From Octopus sinensis (Eukaryota): a stretch of 64,000 nt of DNA. The stretch's first letter is position 1. Each line of letters opens with the position of its first letter. The stretch is from NCBI RefSeq assembly GCF_006345805.1, contig NC_043005.1:27342001-27406000 (forward strand), in the 5' to 3' direction. Under the pieces are notes generated by a model that was not told where the DNA came from, ran no database searches, and saw only the letters and a list, made by a program, of their open reading frames with translations. The position numbers and the translations under genes were made by a program. Of the stretch, positions 22,726 through 36,060 are shown in pieces.

Positions 22726-24422
22726 GACAAGATGAATTATCTGATGCAAACCAGGAAGCAGGTGTGCTGGACGTCACCTTTTAAACGAAGTATCAGAAGG
22801 CCCACTTAAGCATTCCTGCAGTGTCAGACTGAAGACACGCTAGATACCCCCATGACAAATTAAACATTGAACAGCGATATTGTCGGGTAGAAGCTTGCAA
22901 TGGTGCTTGTTGCATCCTTTATCCAATCCTTTGCTACTCTTGTCACATTCAGACATGATGGGGAAAACGACGAGAAAAAGAAAAGTAAAAAGCCCTGTAG
23001 GAAAAAATATTTTAAATAACACATTACCAAAACTAAAAGTAATTTTTCAAAAATTCTTAATACTTTTTAAGAACATTGTGAAGATATTTTGGTTCCACTG
23101 ATATTTAAATGAAAACAATCTTTTTCAATATCATTTAAATACAAATATAAGGAATATTTTCCGTTCATAAATTCTTGATGTGAAACCGTGTATTGAAACA
23201 AATATTGCTGCATTTCGGGATGGTCATTTTGCTTCATTTTCTTTTTTTTTTTTTTTTTTGCCAAATATTTTTCATTATAAGAAATTTGGCAACGATAAAC
23301 TTTTAATGCTCACTTCCATTAATGTATCAAATTTTAATATATTTGATTGAGTTTACCAAATATAATTCGGTGCTAAATTTTGTGTTAAGTAGTTGTATTT
23401 ATTATTTTAATTATTAAATATTTGGATTAATTAATTTTTACTATATGGTATGAAAATAATCATAGAAACCAATTCTTGGCCTAACATTTAAAAAATCCTA
23501 TTTTGCAATCGACAAGTGATATATACTCTTTGATGAGTGGAAATTGGCATTAAAATTAAGATTTATCTTATTCTCAAAGAATCTTGTCATCTTTTATTAA
23601 ATTTTAATGAAAAATTATATCTTTTGCACATAAACATGCACCTAAAACAATTATTTTTACATCTAAAAATTGCACTTAAGCGGATGTGTTGCACCTGAAA
23701 TTAGCTCTCTACACATAATTTATTAAATATACATACTTTCAAAATATTGGAAATCAGAAAATTTGTTAGCTTATGCAAAGCTATTCTACGTCAAACCTCA
23801 CACCGACTACTCACTAGAACTGGACCAAAATTAGTCAAAATTTAGAACCTGTGCCGTGCTACTCTTCTTCTTCACACTTTTTACTTTAGTTTATTAACAA
23901 AACTTTTAATATCAAAAATCTTTTGCTATGACTTTCATATTTAACCACTTCTTAAGTTTTATTTTTCTTTTAATCCTTCTGAAACAATTTTGACGTATTT
24001 TTCAGAACTGGATTCCTCTCATCTAAATTAAAAAAAAAAAAAAAAACGGTATGGCTATACTATTTGTTTTGCATTTAAATAAAAATTCTAATATAACAGA
24101 ACGGTGACTGAAAACGAATTTAGATATCATTTACATTCAAATTTGGCCATATTTTGTTTTACAATGGGTTTTTTTACCTATATCACCATTATTGATCGAC
24201 AGAATGAAAATTCTGTTGTTGATATTTTACTTAAGTGTGAGTTCCGTTGAAACTTGTGGTGTGCGACCATTTGGGACACTTCCTGTTGAATTGATGTTTC
24301 CCCGCTTTTTTGTCTTTCATTTTTTTTGTTTTACTTTCTTTCTTTTTCTTTCCTTGTTCCTCATGTTCCATTTTTATTTTTGGATATTGGCCAAACGGAT
24401 ATGTATAGAACAACATTATATA

Positions 24423-24921
24423 CAACCACATGGTTCCAGGTTCAGTCCCACTGCGTGGCACCTTGGGCAAGTGTCTTCCACTATAACCTCGGGCCGACCA
24501 AAGACCTTGTGAATGGATTTGGTAGACGGAAACTGAAAGAAGCCTGTCGTATATATTTATATGTAGATGTATACATATATACATACATATATATGTATGT
24601 ATGTATGTATGTTGTATGTATGTATGTATGTATGTATGTATGTATGTATATTTATATATATATATAATATATATATACACTCGGAAATGGATGCGTGGCT
24701 TCGATCATATAATAATATAAATAATATATAAGTATATGCATATATACTTACATATTCGTACATACCTACATATATATGTGTATATACATGCATATATGGG
24801 TGCAGTTCCCCCAAAAAAAGTTCGTTTTCTATGTTTTTTATGTCCTGTACCATATATGCATGTATATTAATACATATATATATATAGGTATGTATCTATA
24901 TGTATGTAATTTATATATATT

Positions 24922-24971
<50 letters not shown>

Positions 24972-25195
24972 ATATAGATATATATATAGTTTGTGTGTGT
25001 GTTTGTCCCCCTTCATGCTTGACAACCGAAGTTGTTGTGATTATGTGCCCGTAGCTTAGCGGTTCGGCAAAAGAGACTCATAGGATAAGTACTAGGCTTA
25101 CAGAGAATAAGTCCTGGGATCGATTTGATCGACTAAAGGCGGTGCTCCAGTATGACTGTAGCCAAATGACTGAAACAAATAAAAGAATAAAAGAA
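24423..25195 (+). mobile_element. SINE family A with an expanded internal microsatellite and an inserted fragment
   Basis: The head half is at 24423-24550 and the tail half at about 24990-25195, separated by TA/TG repeats and a fragment of the 4690 element. Confidence 0.8.
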
Positions 25196-25546
25196 TTTGT
25201 TAGATACGATTGATCTTGGATAAAGTTGTACCTCCTCTGAATATTACATACTTGAATAAACATTCAATCGCCATTAAGACAAAATATAATTCAGAAATAA
25301 AGAAACTATTCTGTTTAAACGTTGCATCAACTCATGACACTGCCATTTTTAATATATATATTTACTATATATTTAATATATATATTTAATATATATATTT
25401 ACAACAATGTCAAGGTTACTAATTTGCTTTTTATTCACCTTCGAGCTGTGCAGACAATACCAGACTGACTTGGTGCCTCAACTTAAGTACCTTCCTTTAA
25501 TATGTGTTGTGTGTGTGTTGTGTGTGGTGTGTGTGTGTGTGTGTGT

Positions 25547-25790
25547 GGAGGCGCAATGGCCCAGTTGTGTGTGTTTATTGAGCGAAAACACCAAAAGCTC
25601 CACGAGTCTCCGGCAGGGGGTGGTGACGACCCTTGTTGTACTCTTTCGCCCCAACTTTCTCTCACTCTTTCTTCCTGTTTCTTGGGTAACGCTGCGATGG
25701 ACTGGCGTCCCGTCCAGCTGGGGGAACACATACGCCATAGAAACTAGGAAACCGGGTCCATGAACCTGGCTAGGCTTGAAAAGGGCGCAT
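25547..25790 (+). mobile_element. chimeric SINE: family D head/body plus a V-domain-like tail
   Basis: The D body runs to about 25685, followed by CTGCGATGGACTGGCGTCCCGTCCAG...AAAGGGCGCAT instead of the D tail. Confidence 0.7.
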
Positions 25791-25928
25791 AAATTTTTAA
25801 AAATATATATATATATATACACACACAATATATATATATATATATACCACACACACACACACACATATATATTATATATATATATATATATATATGTATA
25901 CACACATATATATATATATATATATATG

Positions 25929-26001
<73 letters not shown>

Positions 26002-26284
26002 TGTCCCTTGTTTTCCGTATACATTCGCTGCTTTCTTCCAAGAAATCTAGTGCGCTTAGCTTAGTTTTCCTTGGGGCTGGCCAGATTGGTGCAATCTTGA
26101 GTATAACCAGCCAAAATTGCAAAGATAATCTGAAACACGACTGAGGAAAGAAAACTCCGAATGACCCGCCCTTGTTTTCTTCGTATCATCTATCTCGATG
26201 TTTTGTTGTCCCTTTTTTTTGTATCACCTAATGTGTGGATGTTTTGCGTTCTTGTCCCATGTTTGTATTTTTTATATATATATG

Positions 26285-26320
<36 letters not shown>

Positions 26321-26466
26321 TATATATATATAAACACACATATATATATACATATACATACAGACATATATACATATAGACATATATATATATATACATA
26401 CATACACACACACAACATAACATACATACATACATACATACATACATACATACATACATACATACA

Positions 26467-26496
<30 letters not shown>

Positions 26497-26497
<1 letters not shown>

Positions 26498-26844
26498 TCC
26501 TAGAACTTTCAGAATGAATGAGTAGGAAACTACTGCTCCTAACTATAATGACTATACAGTCTGAAATTAACAACAGAACTTGAAGCAATCCAGTGAGCCT
26601 ACACAAATAAAATCATCTCAATGTGATAGATCAACACCTGATAAAGGGCTGAAGATGTTAAAACTCTACTCCCTAGAACAAGGGTGGGAAAGATATGCAT
26701 TGATACACATCTAGAAAACCTTTGAAGGACTTATTCCAAAGTCTGGCATTGAAATTACACAAAGTGCATAACAGGATGCTACTGCTTAGTGTTAAACACC
26801 CCAACATTGCAATCAAAATATGGGACCAGATACTGCAACGGCTG
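26497..26844 (+). mobile_element. degenerate CR1/L2-group LINE, 3' fragment
   Basis: ELEAIQ*AYTNKI and LKMLKLYSLEQGWERYALIHI*KTFEGLIP match the LKLYSLxRRRERYxIIYxWKxxEGLVP pattern of the RT C-terminus. Confidence 0.7.
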
Positions 26845-26944
26845 NNNNNNNNNNNNNNNNNNNNNNNNNNNNNNNNNNNNNNNNNNNNNNNNNNNNNNNN
26901 NNNNNNNNNNNNNNNNNNNNNNNNNNNNNNNNNNNNNNNNNNNN
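26845..26944. other. assembly gap (100 N)
   Basis: Direct reading. Confidence 1.
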
Positions 26945-26969
26945 ATATATATATATATATATACATATA

Positions 26970-27087
26970 CGACATCCACACCATGCAGGTCTCTCAGGCA
27001 TTTTGGAAGGATATTGAAGAGCTGTGGGGTCCCTGAAACTCAACATGTTGCAGTATCTGATCCCGTATTTTGATGGAGATGTTAGGA
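26970..27087 (-). mobile_element. CR1/L2-group LINE fragment, inverted relative to the pre-gap piece
   Basis: The minus strand reads TRYCNMLSFRDPTALQYPSKMPERPAWCG, with a neighbouring frame giving LFNILPKCLRDLHGVDV. It overlaps the last about 35 nt before the gap. Confidence 0.7.
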
Positions 27088-28734
27088 TCTGTGGCACTAT
27101 ATGCATATTTTTCCTTTCCTTCTACTTGTTCTAGTCATTTCACAGCCCTCAGGCTGGAGCACCACCTGCAAGAGATTTAGTTTAATGAACTGTCCCCTGC
27201 ACACTCTTTTTTTTAAAGCCTGTCACTCATAACGCATTTTAATTCAGCCCTGCTGGCTAATTGCGTCATCGGTCATTTGTCAGTCATTGTTTTCTTTTAT
27301 TAGTGGTGGCTGATTTTGTCTCAGCAATCCGTTTTGAGTGGATATTTGGTACTGACAAAGACTACGCCACCCAACCCCACCAAAAGTCAGAAATACGTAT
27401 TTAGCATTACGTAGTTCTGCTGGACAATTTTCTTCTGCTGCTGATATATATCTGTGTTTTTATAAAATCTATACGTCTCTAAGAAATGCTTAAACGTTTA
27501 TCAAGCGTTAAACGATATATTGTACACATATTGTTGTGCGTGTGTGTGTGTGTGGGGGGGGGGGTGTTGTCATATTTGGAGACGGTCATTTTGTCAATGA
27601 ACAGACCCATTGGGTCACCGGGAAACTCTGAGTTTCCCAGCAACGGAGTTTTGTTTCGTAGGTTTTTTTCTTTTCTAAGGTTATTCGCATGCTTCCAATG
27701 AATGTGTACTGGGGTCGATCTAATCGACTGGTCCCCTCCCCCAAAATTTCGGGCCTTGTGCCTAGAGTAGAAAAGAATAATAAAGCTAAAGTGAAAATCA
27801 AATAAATAGTGCGTGTATTTATTGGCAAAATGACCGTCCCCAAATATAATAAAATCCGTTTCAACACACGATTTCACATCAAGAATCTTTTAAAACAAAT
27901 GCATAAGTATAATAGGCAAATGTCATTTACTATAGCCTCATTTTGATCCATACTTCGTGAGTGAAAGTGGATGACATAGGATGTGGTTCTGAGTAGTGAG
28001 AGAGATATGTGATAGCACAGAAAAGGGTGCTGAGATATGTAGTTCTACTTTCACTAAATTACGACCGCAGGAATTATAGTAGTTAGACAAGTGATGGAGG
28101 GATCAATCAAAGAGAGATGAAGGACAGCGCCAAATAAGGAGAGGGTGTCCAGCTGTGTAGACACATTATACCTTGTGAACCTCAGTTCCATCACGATGAG
28201 CGAGTTTTCTAAGTAATGTATACTGCCTATCATCTCTGTGAGGCTAAATATCCGGAGATCATCCTCCACTAATTAGTCCTATATCTTCCACAGAGTATCT
28301 CTCTTCTACGGAGATACCAGAGAGGATTTCGAAATCGAAGCAGATCCTCCATCAACTCAGCACTCACAACTTGCTCATAACAAACCACCAAAGGTATAAT
28401 GAACCATAAAAAAAAAATCTTGAACCAATCTCTCAGGTCTTGCCTTTAAATATTACTACTGCCCTATATATCGCAGCATCATCTTGTGGGGCGGTGCGTG
28501 GCACACAAGCTTGCGGTGTAATGTCATCTCATTCTTGCTACCAAAGATCGGATACATGATCTTACACGCCCTGCTCTAGCGAATGGAAGCCACATCGCTC
28601 CATGCATCTCTCAAAGCTTTCTTCTGTTGTGAATTCACTTAAAAGCAGAAAATTGTCTCTTCTACTATTTCTTTGATAAAACTGTTTGGCAAAGAGACAG
28701 AATTTTTCATGGCATTCTTTCACCATATTTTTAG

Positions 28735-29150
28735 ACGAACGCATGGCAATGTGATTAAGAAGTTTGTTTTGCAACCGCGTGGTCTCGATTCGAGTTCCAT
28801 TACGCACCATTTTGGGCAAGTGTCTTATATCATAGCCCCAGGACGATTTTATTAAGGAATTTGGTAAATGGTAAATGTGAAAACACATCGTGTTTGTGTG
28901 TGTGAGTCTATGTATGAATAAATGTGTATGTGTGTCTGTGTCTTTGAGCTCGTATTTGTCTATCCACTACCTGACAACTGATTTGCTTAGTTTAAGACCC
29001 CTGTAACTTAGCGGTTCGGCAAAGGAGTTCCAACAGAATAAATAACAAACTTTAGAAAATAAGCACCGACGCCGATTTGTTCAGTTAACATAATAAGGGA
29101 TACTCCAACATGGCTGCAGTTCAAAAAAACTGAAACAAGTAAGCACATAA
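28735..29150 (+). mobile_element. degenerate SINE family A
   Basis: GCATGGCAATGTGATTAAGAAGTTTG...TTGGGCAAGTGTC...CCAACATGGCTGCAGTTCAAAAAAACTGAAACAAG. Confidence 0.7.
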
Positions 29151-29216
29151 AACGGACAAAGAATGAGCCGTTCCTCATGCAGAAGTGCTTTCTGATTTGC
29201 AGCACTAGCAAATTTT

Positions 29217-29640
29217 GGAACATTTTGGTTATCTCACCCCCATTAAAAAAATTGGGTCATCTCCCCTCCGTTTTTATGTAAAAATATTGATACTTTTGGT
29301 TATCTCCCTCAACTAAAAAAAGTTGTTTAACCCTCAATAATACAAAGAAAATGAAAAAAATTAATAAACATGAAAGCAAAAAATGAATAAATAAAAAGGA
29401 AAACTGAGAAAATAAAACCTTATTGAATCTCTTTTACTCTTTTACTTGTTTCAGTCATTTGACTGCGGTCATGCTGGAGCACCGCCTTTAGTCGAGCATT
29501 CGACCCCAGGACTTATTCTTTGTAAACCTAGTACTTATTCTATCGGTCTCTCTTGCCGAACCGCTAAGTAACGGGGACGTAAACACACCAGCATCGGTTG
29601 TCAAGCAATGCTAGGGGGACAAACACAGACACATACACGC

Positions 29641-29676
<36 letters not shown>

Positions 29677-29987
29677 ATACATATATACGACGGGCTTCTT
29701 TCAGTTTCCGTCTACCAAATCCACTCACAAGGCTTTGGTCGGCCCGAGGCTATAGTAGAAGAAACTTGCCCAAGGTGCCACGCAGTGGGACTGAACCCGG
29801 AACCATGTGGTTGGTAAACAAGCTACTTACCACACAGCCACTCCTTGATATTTTTATAACAAATCCTGTATTGAATGAAAAGGATCTAACACTTTTTATC
29901 CAATCTCTTGTTGCCACGTAAACTCAACTTTTAAGCAGGAAGATAGCCCAATTTTTTAATGGGGGTGAGATAACCAAAAAAGTACCC
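29217..29987. mobile_element. TIR MITE (20307 family) interrupted by a young SINE
   Basis: Both TIRs are present, and the internal sequence is the reverse complement of 20380-20520. Confidence 0.8.
29431..29845 (-). mobile_element. young SINE family A
   Basis: Full body with CpGs intact; nearly identical to 62861-63274. Confidence 0.9.
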
Positions 29988-30537
29988 AAATGTTTGTGCT
30001 ATTCTATCTCCATTATCTGCGGACATATTATAACTAATCTGTGAACATTCTACGGGCTTTTGTGTGTGTGTGCGTGTTTGTGTATTTTCAAAAATATTAA
30101 TGTCCATTTGTATGTTTGTGGTTTCATTTATTTCAGTGTCCCCAAGTTTCACATTTCCGCCGCCCCCTTATTTCTCCATTTTATTATTTTGATTTATTAA
30201 AATTTTTTTTTAAGAATCTGTTTTTATTTTTCTCATTTTTGTGGTCATGTACGTTGTTGTTATTGCCTTTGTGGTTAATACTTCCTGCCTCTATCTCACA
30301 TAGCAAACCTGTCTTGGTAAATAGGACAGATACTCAAAAGTTCCAAAGTTCATGTGTGTGTGTGTGCGCGCGCGTGTATGGGTGTGTGTATATACATGTA
30401 TCACCCACACGCACATATTTATGTATATATGTTTGTTCGAAGTAAAAATTCGTAATATTTCAATTCTTTTGGGAGTTCCGTTACGAATTCCCACTTAGAA
30501 CAAACAACAACAACAACAACAATAATAATAATAATAA

Positions 30538-31189
30538 TAGACAGCACATCAGAAAGTGATAAATGCAGAATCTGTGAACAAAATGGTGAAACCGTATGGC
30601 ATATTACAAGCCAATGTACGCCACTAGGAATATAAGAGACGCCACGACAATATAGCAAGGCTTGTCCATTGGACACTTGGCAACAAATATACACTTGACA
30701 GAGCAAAAAATTAGTACAACCACAAACCCGAAGACATCATCGAAAATAATATACAAAGATCCTATGGGATTTTATGATTCAGTGCGATAGAGAATAGGAA
30801 GCCAGACAGCCTTAATTGAGAAAGAAAACAGACTATGCTGGATCATAGATATAGCACACCCAGCTGACAACAAGGTATGCGATAAGGAAGAAAGAAAAGT
30901 CGATAGATATGACAGGTTAGCTTGGGAAATTAAGCAGCTGTGGTCGATGAAAAGTGGTAGTAGTACCAATAATCGTCGGAGCCCTGGAAACAGTGAGCAA
31001 AAATCCTGAGAAGCACATGGAATAAATAGAGACTACAATAAGGGTGGAGCACTTGCAGAAAATAGCACTGCTTGGAACCGCTCAAATTTTCCGGATGGTA
31101 CTCAAAAAATAAGGGGTGTTACCTTACTTCACAGGTAGCGAACAGCTGACACTGTAGTATTTCCCCAGCGTTAGAAGCCGTGCAAAGGC
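30538..31189 (+). mobile_element. 5'-truncated R4/Dong-like RLE LINE (second copy)
   Basis: CRICEQNGETVWHITSQC CCHC knuckle at 30564, RRHDNIARLVHWTL, RKPD, CWIIDIAHPAD, KYDRLAWEIKQLW and LQKIALLGTA; (AAT)n on both flanks. Confidence 0.85.
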
Positions 31190-31195
31190 AACAAC

Positions 31196-31236
<41 letters not shown>

Positions 31237-31300
31237 TAATAATAATAATAATGATAATAATAATAATAATGATTATAATGATAATAATAATGATAATAAT
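31190..31300. repeat. (AAT)n microsatellite
   Basis: Direct reading. Confidence 0.95.
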
Positions 31301-32189
31301 ATCAGTATAACTGTGTGGAAGTATGAATGGAATTACTAGATCTTGAATTATATGGTTTGGTTCACACCTAAAACATATGCAAATACACACACACATTATA
31401 AATAATATACAATTAAAGATAACCGCTTTTAAACGCAGGAAAAACAATGTACATTGACGAAACGAAGCACTTAATGAAGCAACTGAATTTTTTTTTATAT
31501 CTAGTTTCGTCCCTAAGAATTTCATGCCATTGCGATTTTCAGACGATAACTTTTACAAGTTGATTTGATGGTACACTTATATTCGTTAGCTTGGTTGTAA
31601 TGCTAATATACAAATACAAATAAACAATGTTAAACACACATACACAAGGTTTGTTTTGCTACTTCGTGTGGAGGCTGCGCTTTTAGGCGTAAGAGAATAT
31701 ATTCTCATCAATGTCTCTACCCACGAACTAGCAAAACACATACCTTGTGTATGTGTGTTCGATATTGCGTAAATCACTCGAGCTGCTTCTAATTCGTATT
31801 TAGTAAGGTTTCTTTTGTTACTATAACATGGTTGTTGTATAAAGAAATTCGTTATTACATTTTAACCTCAGGAAAATATCTTTTCCAGCTGGTTAACGAC
31901 ACACGACATGTGCCCAGTATATTGTAGGGAAGTGAATCACTCCTTTCCAGCTTGACAAGGGCAGTAGTCCATACTTTTTAAGTATTTGTCCCTCATCGGT
32001 ACTGGACACCTGCCTGCGCGCGCTCTCTCTCTTTCTCTATATATATATAAGTTGTGGATTCTATTTGCCATGTCGTCCGAAGACAGTTTTTATCGTGAGG
32101 AGAAATATGAGTGATTTAAATGGCTTTATAGCGGTTTTGGCTGCTATTTTTAACATGTAAAGGGATTTAAAACTCTCTTAGTTATAATT

Positions 32190-32810
32190 GTGGCTGGTTC
32201 ATAATTATAAATGTTTTTCCTCTTTACACACACACACACACACATATATATATACATATATAAACGTTTATATATATATAATTATAATTTTATATATATA
32301 ATTATAAACGTTTTTTCTCTTATATATATATGAAGTTTAATATTATATATAATCATTTTATATATATAATTGTAAACATTTTTTCCTCTTTATATATATA
32401 TATATAAACGTTTTTATATATAATTATAAACGTTTTTTCTCTCTTATACATATAATATATAATCATAATTTTATATATATAATTGTAAGCATTTTTCCTC
32501 CTCCTATATATATATATATATGTATATAAACGTTTTTATATATATAATTATAATTTTATATATATATTAATAAACGTTTTTTCTCTTTATATATATTATA
32601 TATATAATATATAATAGATATATATATTATGTATATAAACGTTTTTATATATATAATTATAATTTTATATATAATTATAAACGTTTTTTCTCTTTATATA
32701 TATATATATAATATATATATTATATATATAAACGTTTTATATATAATTATAATTTTATATATATAATAAAATTTTTTTCCCTCTTTATTATATATATATA
32801 TTATATAAAG
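32190..32810. repeat. AT-rich complex minisatellite
   Basis: About a dozen recurrences of TATAAACGTTTT, alternating with ATAATTATAATTTT and TTTTCTCTTT, separated by (TA)n. Confidence 0.8.
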
Positions 32811-32990
32811 TTTACGAAAATAAACTAAAGACGAAGGCAGGTGGTGTACAAACAAGCAGATGTATTAGTATAGCGCTCAGGAATAGAAAAAGTTTTTTAC
32901 GTTTCGAGCCTACGCTCTTCTACAGAAAGGTACACAGAAAAAACAAGGAGAGAAAAAAAATGTGTGCAGTAGCTAACGATCTATCATGGC
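32808..32990 (-). mobile_element. Penelope-like terminal repeat (7110 family)
   Basis: TTTTACGTTTCGAGCCTACGCTCTTCTACAGAAAG and AAGACGAAGGCAGGTGG are shared with the 7110 copy. Confidence 0.65.
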
Positions 32991-33150
32991 GTCTGACTCG
33001 GACAAAAAGAAAAATATATCATTGAATTTGTGTGAAGGATGTCATTTGTTACAGCTAATCAAAAGTCCACAGCATTTCCAATGGCGAGAGTAACAAGAGA
33101 ATATCTGTGTAGCTGAAACCGAATAAATTATCAGCGAAAGATTTTATTTA

Positions 33151-33470
33151 TTAGCAAAGGTACCCGGCGTCGTTCGGGATCTAAATATGTATAAATGTAC
33201 ACCTTTTTTTTTTTTTTGATAATAAAACATAGACTTTTTACGTTTATTCGTTATGCAAAATTCTTGATGTGAAATCGTGAAATCGTTATGTGAGTATCTC
33301 TGTGAATTAGCAAGTCGCTCAATGGTAGTAAAATTACAAATATTTCTCATTTTTTTCGTTTTCACCTTCATCAACGTAGTCATAATCTTCACTGTCGAAA
33401 ACCTATCTCTAAAAATGTCACGAGATATTCATTATTAAGAAAGTTATGAGGAAATGAAATCTGTAAGAGT
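33151..33470 (-). mobile_element. Helitron 3' portion (5' extent uncertain)
   Basis: Minus-strand hairpin CCCGAACGACGCCGGG followed by GCTAA|T. The internal AAATTCTTGATGTGAAA also occurs at about 23170. Confidence 0.4.
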
Positions 33471-34617
33471 TTCTTAAAAGGTGGCTGTAACTGGAAACGT
33501 ATCTCGGCAAAATTTTATTTAAAAATATGCGTTACAATGAAAATTATGAGGAAACAAAGTCGAAGGGCTACGGAACTGTAGTTTTGATATCTATGTATGT
33601 ATAACGTTACCTTAATTGCGAAATATGTCAAAACAAGGGTCTTTTTTTTTGTTTTTTATAGACTTAAATTATTTAATCTATAGCAAGTTTTTTAAACTTT
33701 AAAACTATTTGAGTTAGAATGATAATTGTTTCGTAATAAAGCGTTCGTTAAAAATAGAAATAGTAAGATTGCTTACATAATGGGACTAAACCTGGCTGTA
33801 GATGAGACGAAAATATCTGAGCAGGAAATTTTACCAATATCTGATTCTTTCAAATGGATTAGGAACATTCTAAGACATCATCATCGTCATTTTACGTCTG
33901 ATTTTGGTTGTTTTCATCCTGGTATGGGTTAGATATGCCTTCACTAGCACAGCGCTTCACCCTTTGCAATTGTTTTGTGAGGTGCGGGTTCCGGAGATTA
34001 GCTTTTATTTCATTACTTCCTCGCTCTCTCTTCTTGCGCCAGTTCTGCTCGCTTAGCACTTCTTTATTCAACATCCATCCTCCATATTACATTCCATACC
34101 AACACAGTTTCCTCTCTTGCACACTACATTTGATTCCTCTTATACTTAGATTTTCTCTCCCTAATGTTATTCTGTCATTCATGTACACTAACATTTATCT
34201 GAGAATGCTTGCCTCATTTTTACTATTGTACACACTCCATTCAGCGTCTATGTCTTGTGACCATGCAGCATCAGTCATCGTACACAAACATTATATAATC
34301 TGCCTTTCACCCGAAAAGTAAAACTCTTTATTGCCAGCAGAGATAACAGCTCCCTGAATTGTTTTCACCCTGAACTTTCTAAAGCTACAATCTTTTCGGA
34401 TCACTTTCTTTCATTGCTAATCATGTTGCTCACTTGGATAACAGAACTCCTTCTAGAAAACCAGTCATATCCGGCCCAAATATGCAACCTGTTTTGTGTT
34501 CAAACCGGCCTCTTGCATCTACCCGAAAACATTATTCAAACAATAAACAGACACGTCATCGAAATCTTGAAGTTGCGAGTTAATGCATGATTAATTCAAA
34601 TCAATAAGAATAAATAA

Positions 34618-34941
34618 CATTATTTACATTTGACGGATATTTGTCCTCATCTTGTTTGTTGTTAACACAATGTTTCGGCTGATATACCCTCCAGCCTTCA
34701 TCAGGTGTCTTGGGGAAATTTCGAACCTGGGTTCTCATTCCTAAGGTATGTTGTTACAGCAACAAACAACGACGACGACGAAAAATACCTTAGGAATGAA
34801 AACCCAGGTTCGAAATTTCCCCAAGACACCTGGTGAAGGCTGGAGGGTATATCAGCCGAAACGTTGTGTTAACAACAAACAAGATGAGGACAAATATCCG
34901 TCTAATGTAAATAATTCCTCATCTCTTAAATATAGAACTGT
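34618..34941. mobile_element. fold-back hammerhead element (second copy)
   Basis: Same termini as 13884-14131, longer arms and an AAC/GAC-rich spacer, with a 12-bp TSD AAGAATAAATAA at 34606-34617 and 34942-34953. Confidence 0.85.
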
Positions 34942-35539
34942 AAGAATAAATAAGTATTACAATTGATTGAATAATCTGAATGCTGAAGGTATAAGCATCT
35001 GAAAGAGTCTAATTTCTTGGATGTCCTTACTGAGGAACTCTTCCTGTGCATCTGTTACATCCAAAGTCCTCAATTAATATACATACAGTTCCACTACACC
35101 TCTTAGGCATTAATAGGCTTCACATTCGGCTCATGGAATTCCTACCTATTTCTATTCTGCATGTCTAGCTTGGCCCTTTTCCCTAACAGCAGTAGATTCC
35201 GGTCTGCTTTTTCTTACTTAGCCTTGTATCTTCACTAGGTTTAAGACGTCTCGATTATATATTATGTTGTATGCAGAACATTTCTGAACGTAATATACAT
35301 CCGATGGTGGGTCTCCGTTGTTGAGCAATGATTAATCGAATGAATTACCTACTCCTGAATTAATGCCAAAGTATTCCATAGACACATGTACGCTTAATGT
35401 AAGGGCATATATATGGCATGTGTGTACATAGATGTAGTGTAACATATCAAAAAATACTGTTAAAAGAATTGTTTAATATATGGAAAAACAAAACAGGTGA
35501 ATTCTTCCAATTTTTTAATCTCTTGTTTTTGAACCTACC

Positions 35540-36060
35540 TGGATGGGATCGTTGATTAAAACATTCAATAGCACAAACAAAATCCTCTAAAATCTGTAGA
35601 CACCTTGATATACTTAGGAAGTAACATTGCTTCCAAAGAAAAGGATGTAAACATTTTTCTTGTAGAAGTCTGGGCTGCTCTTGATGCTTCAGTGTCTGAA
35701 AGTCGTTGGTGCCTGATGTTCTTCAGAGATGTTTCTTCTCTTTTTTAAGTGCAATCAGTCTTATTGTATGGGTCTACTGCTTGGATATTCATGAAACACC
35801 TGGAGACAAGACTTGATGGGGTTTAGACACGTATGTTATGGGTTATTCTAAATATCTCATAGAAACGAAGATTGCATTGCAGCCTTGTCATTAGAGAAAG
35901 ATGCATGCATTTTGCAGGATATTGCTGGAAAGAGCAAACCAAAGGCTTAAAATACACTCCATTGGACAGCTTAACATGGAACAGTCATCCTTTAAAGATC
36001 ATCATCCTGATGCTGACATCCTGAATGTTATGAAAGATTAATAAATTACATGATTGAGTC
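35540..36060 (+). mobile_element. degenerate RTE-clade LINE, 3' fragment
   Basis: LKSVDTLIYLGSNIASKEKDVNI and QSVLLYGSTAWIFMKHLETRLDG...RMLWVILNIS. Confidence 0.7.
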
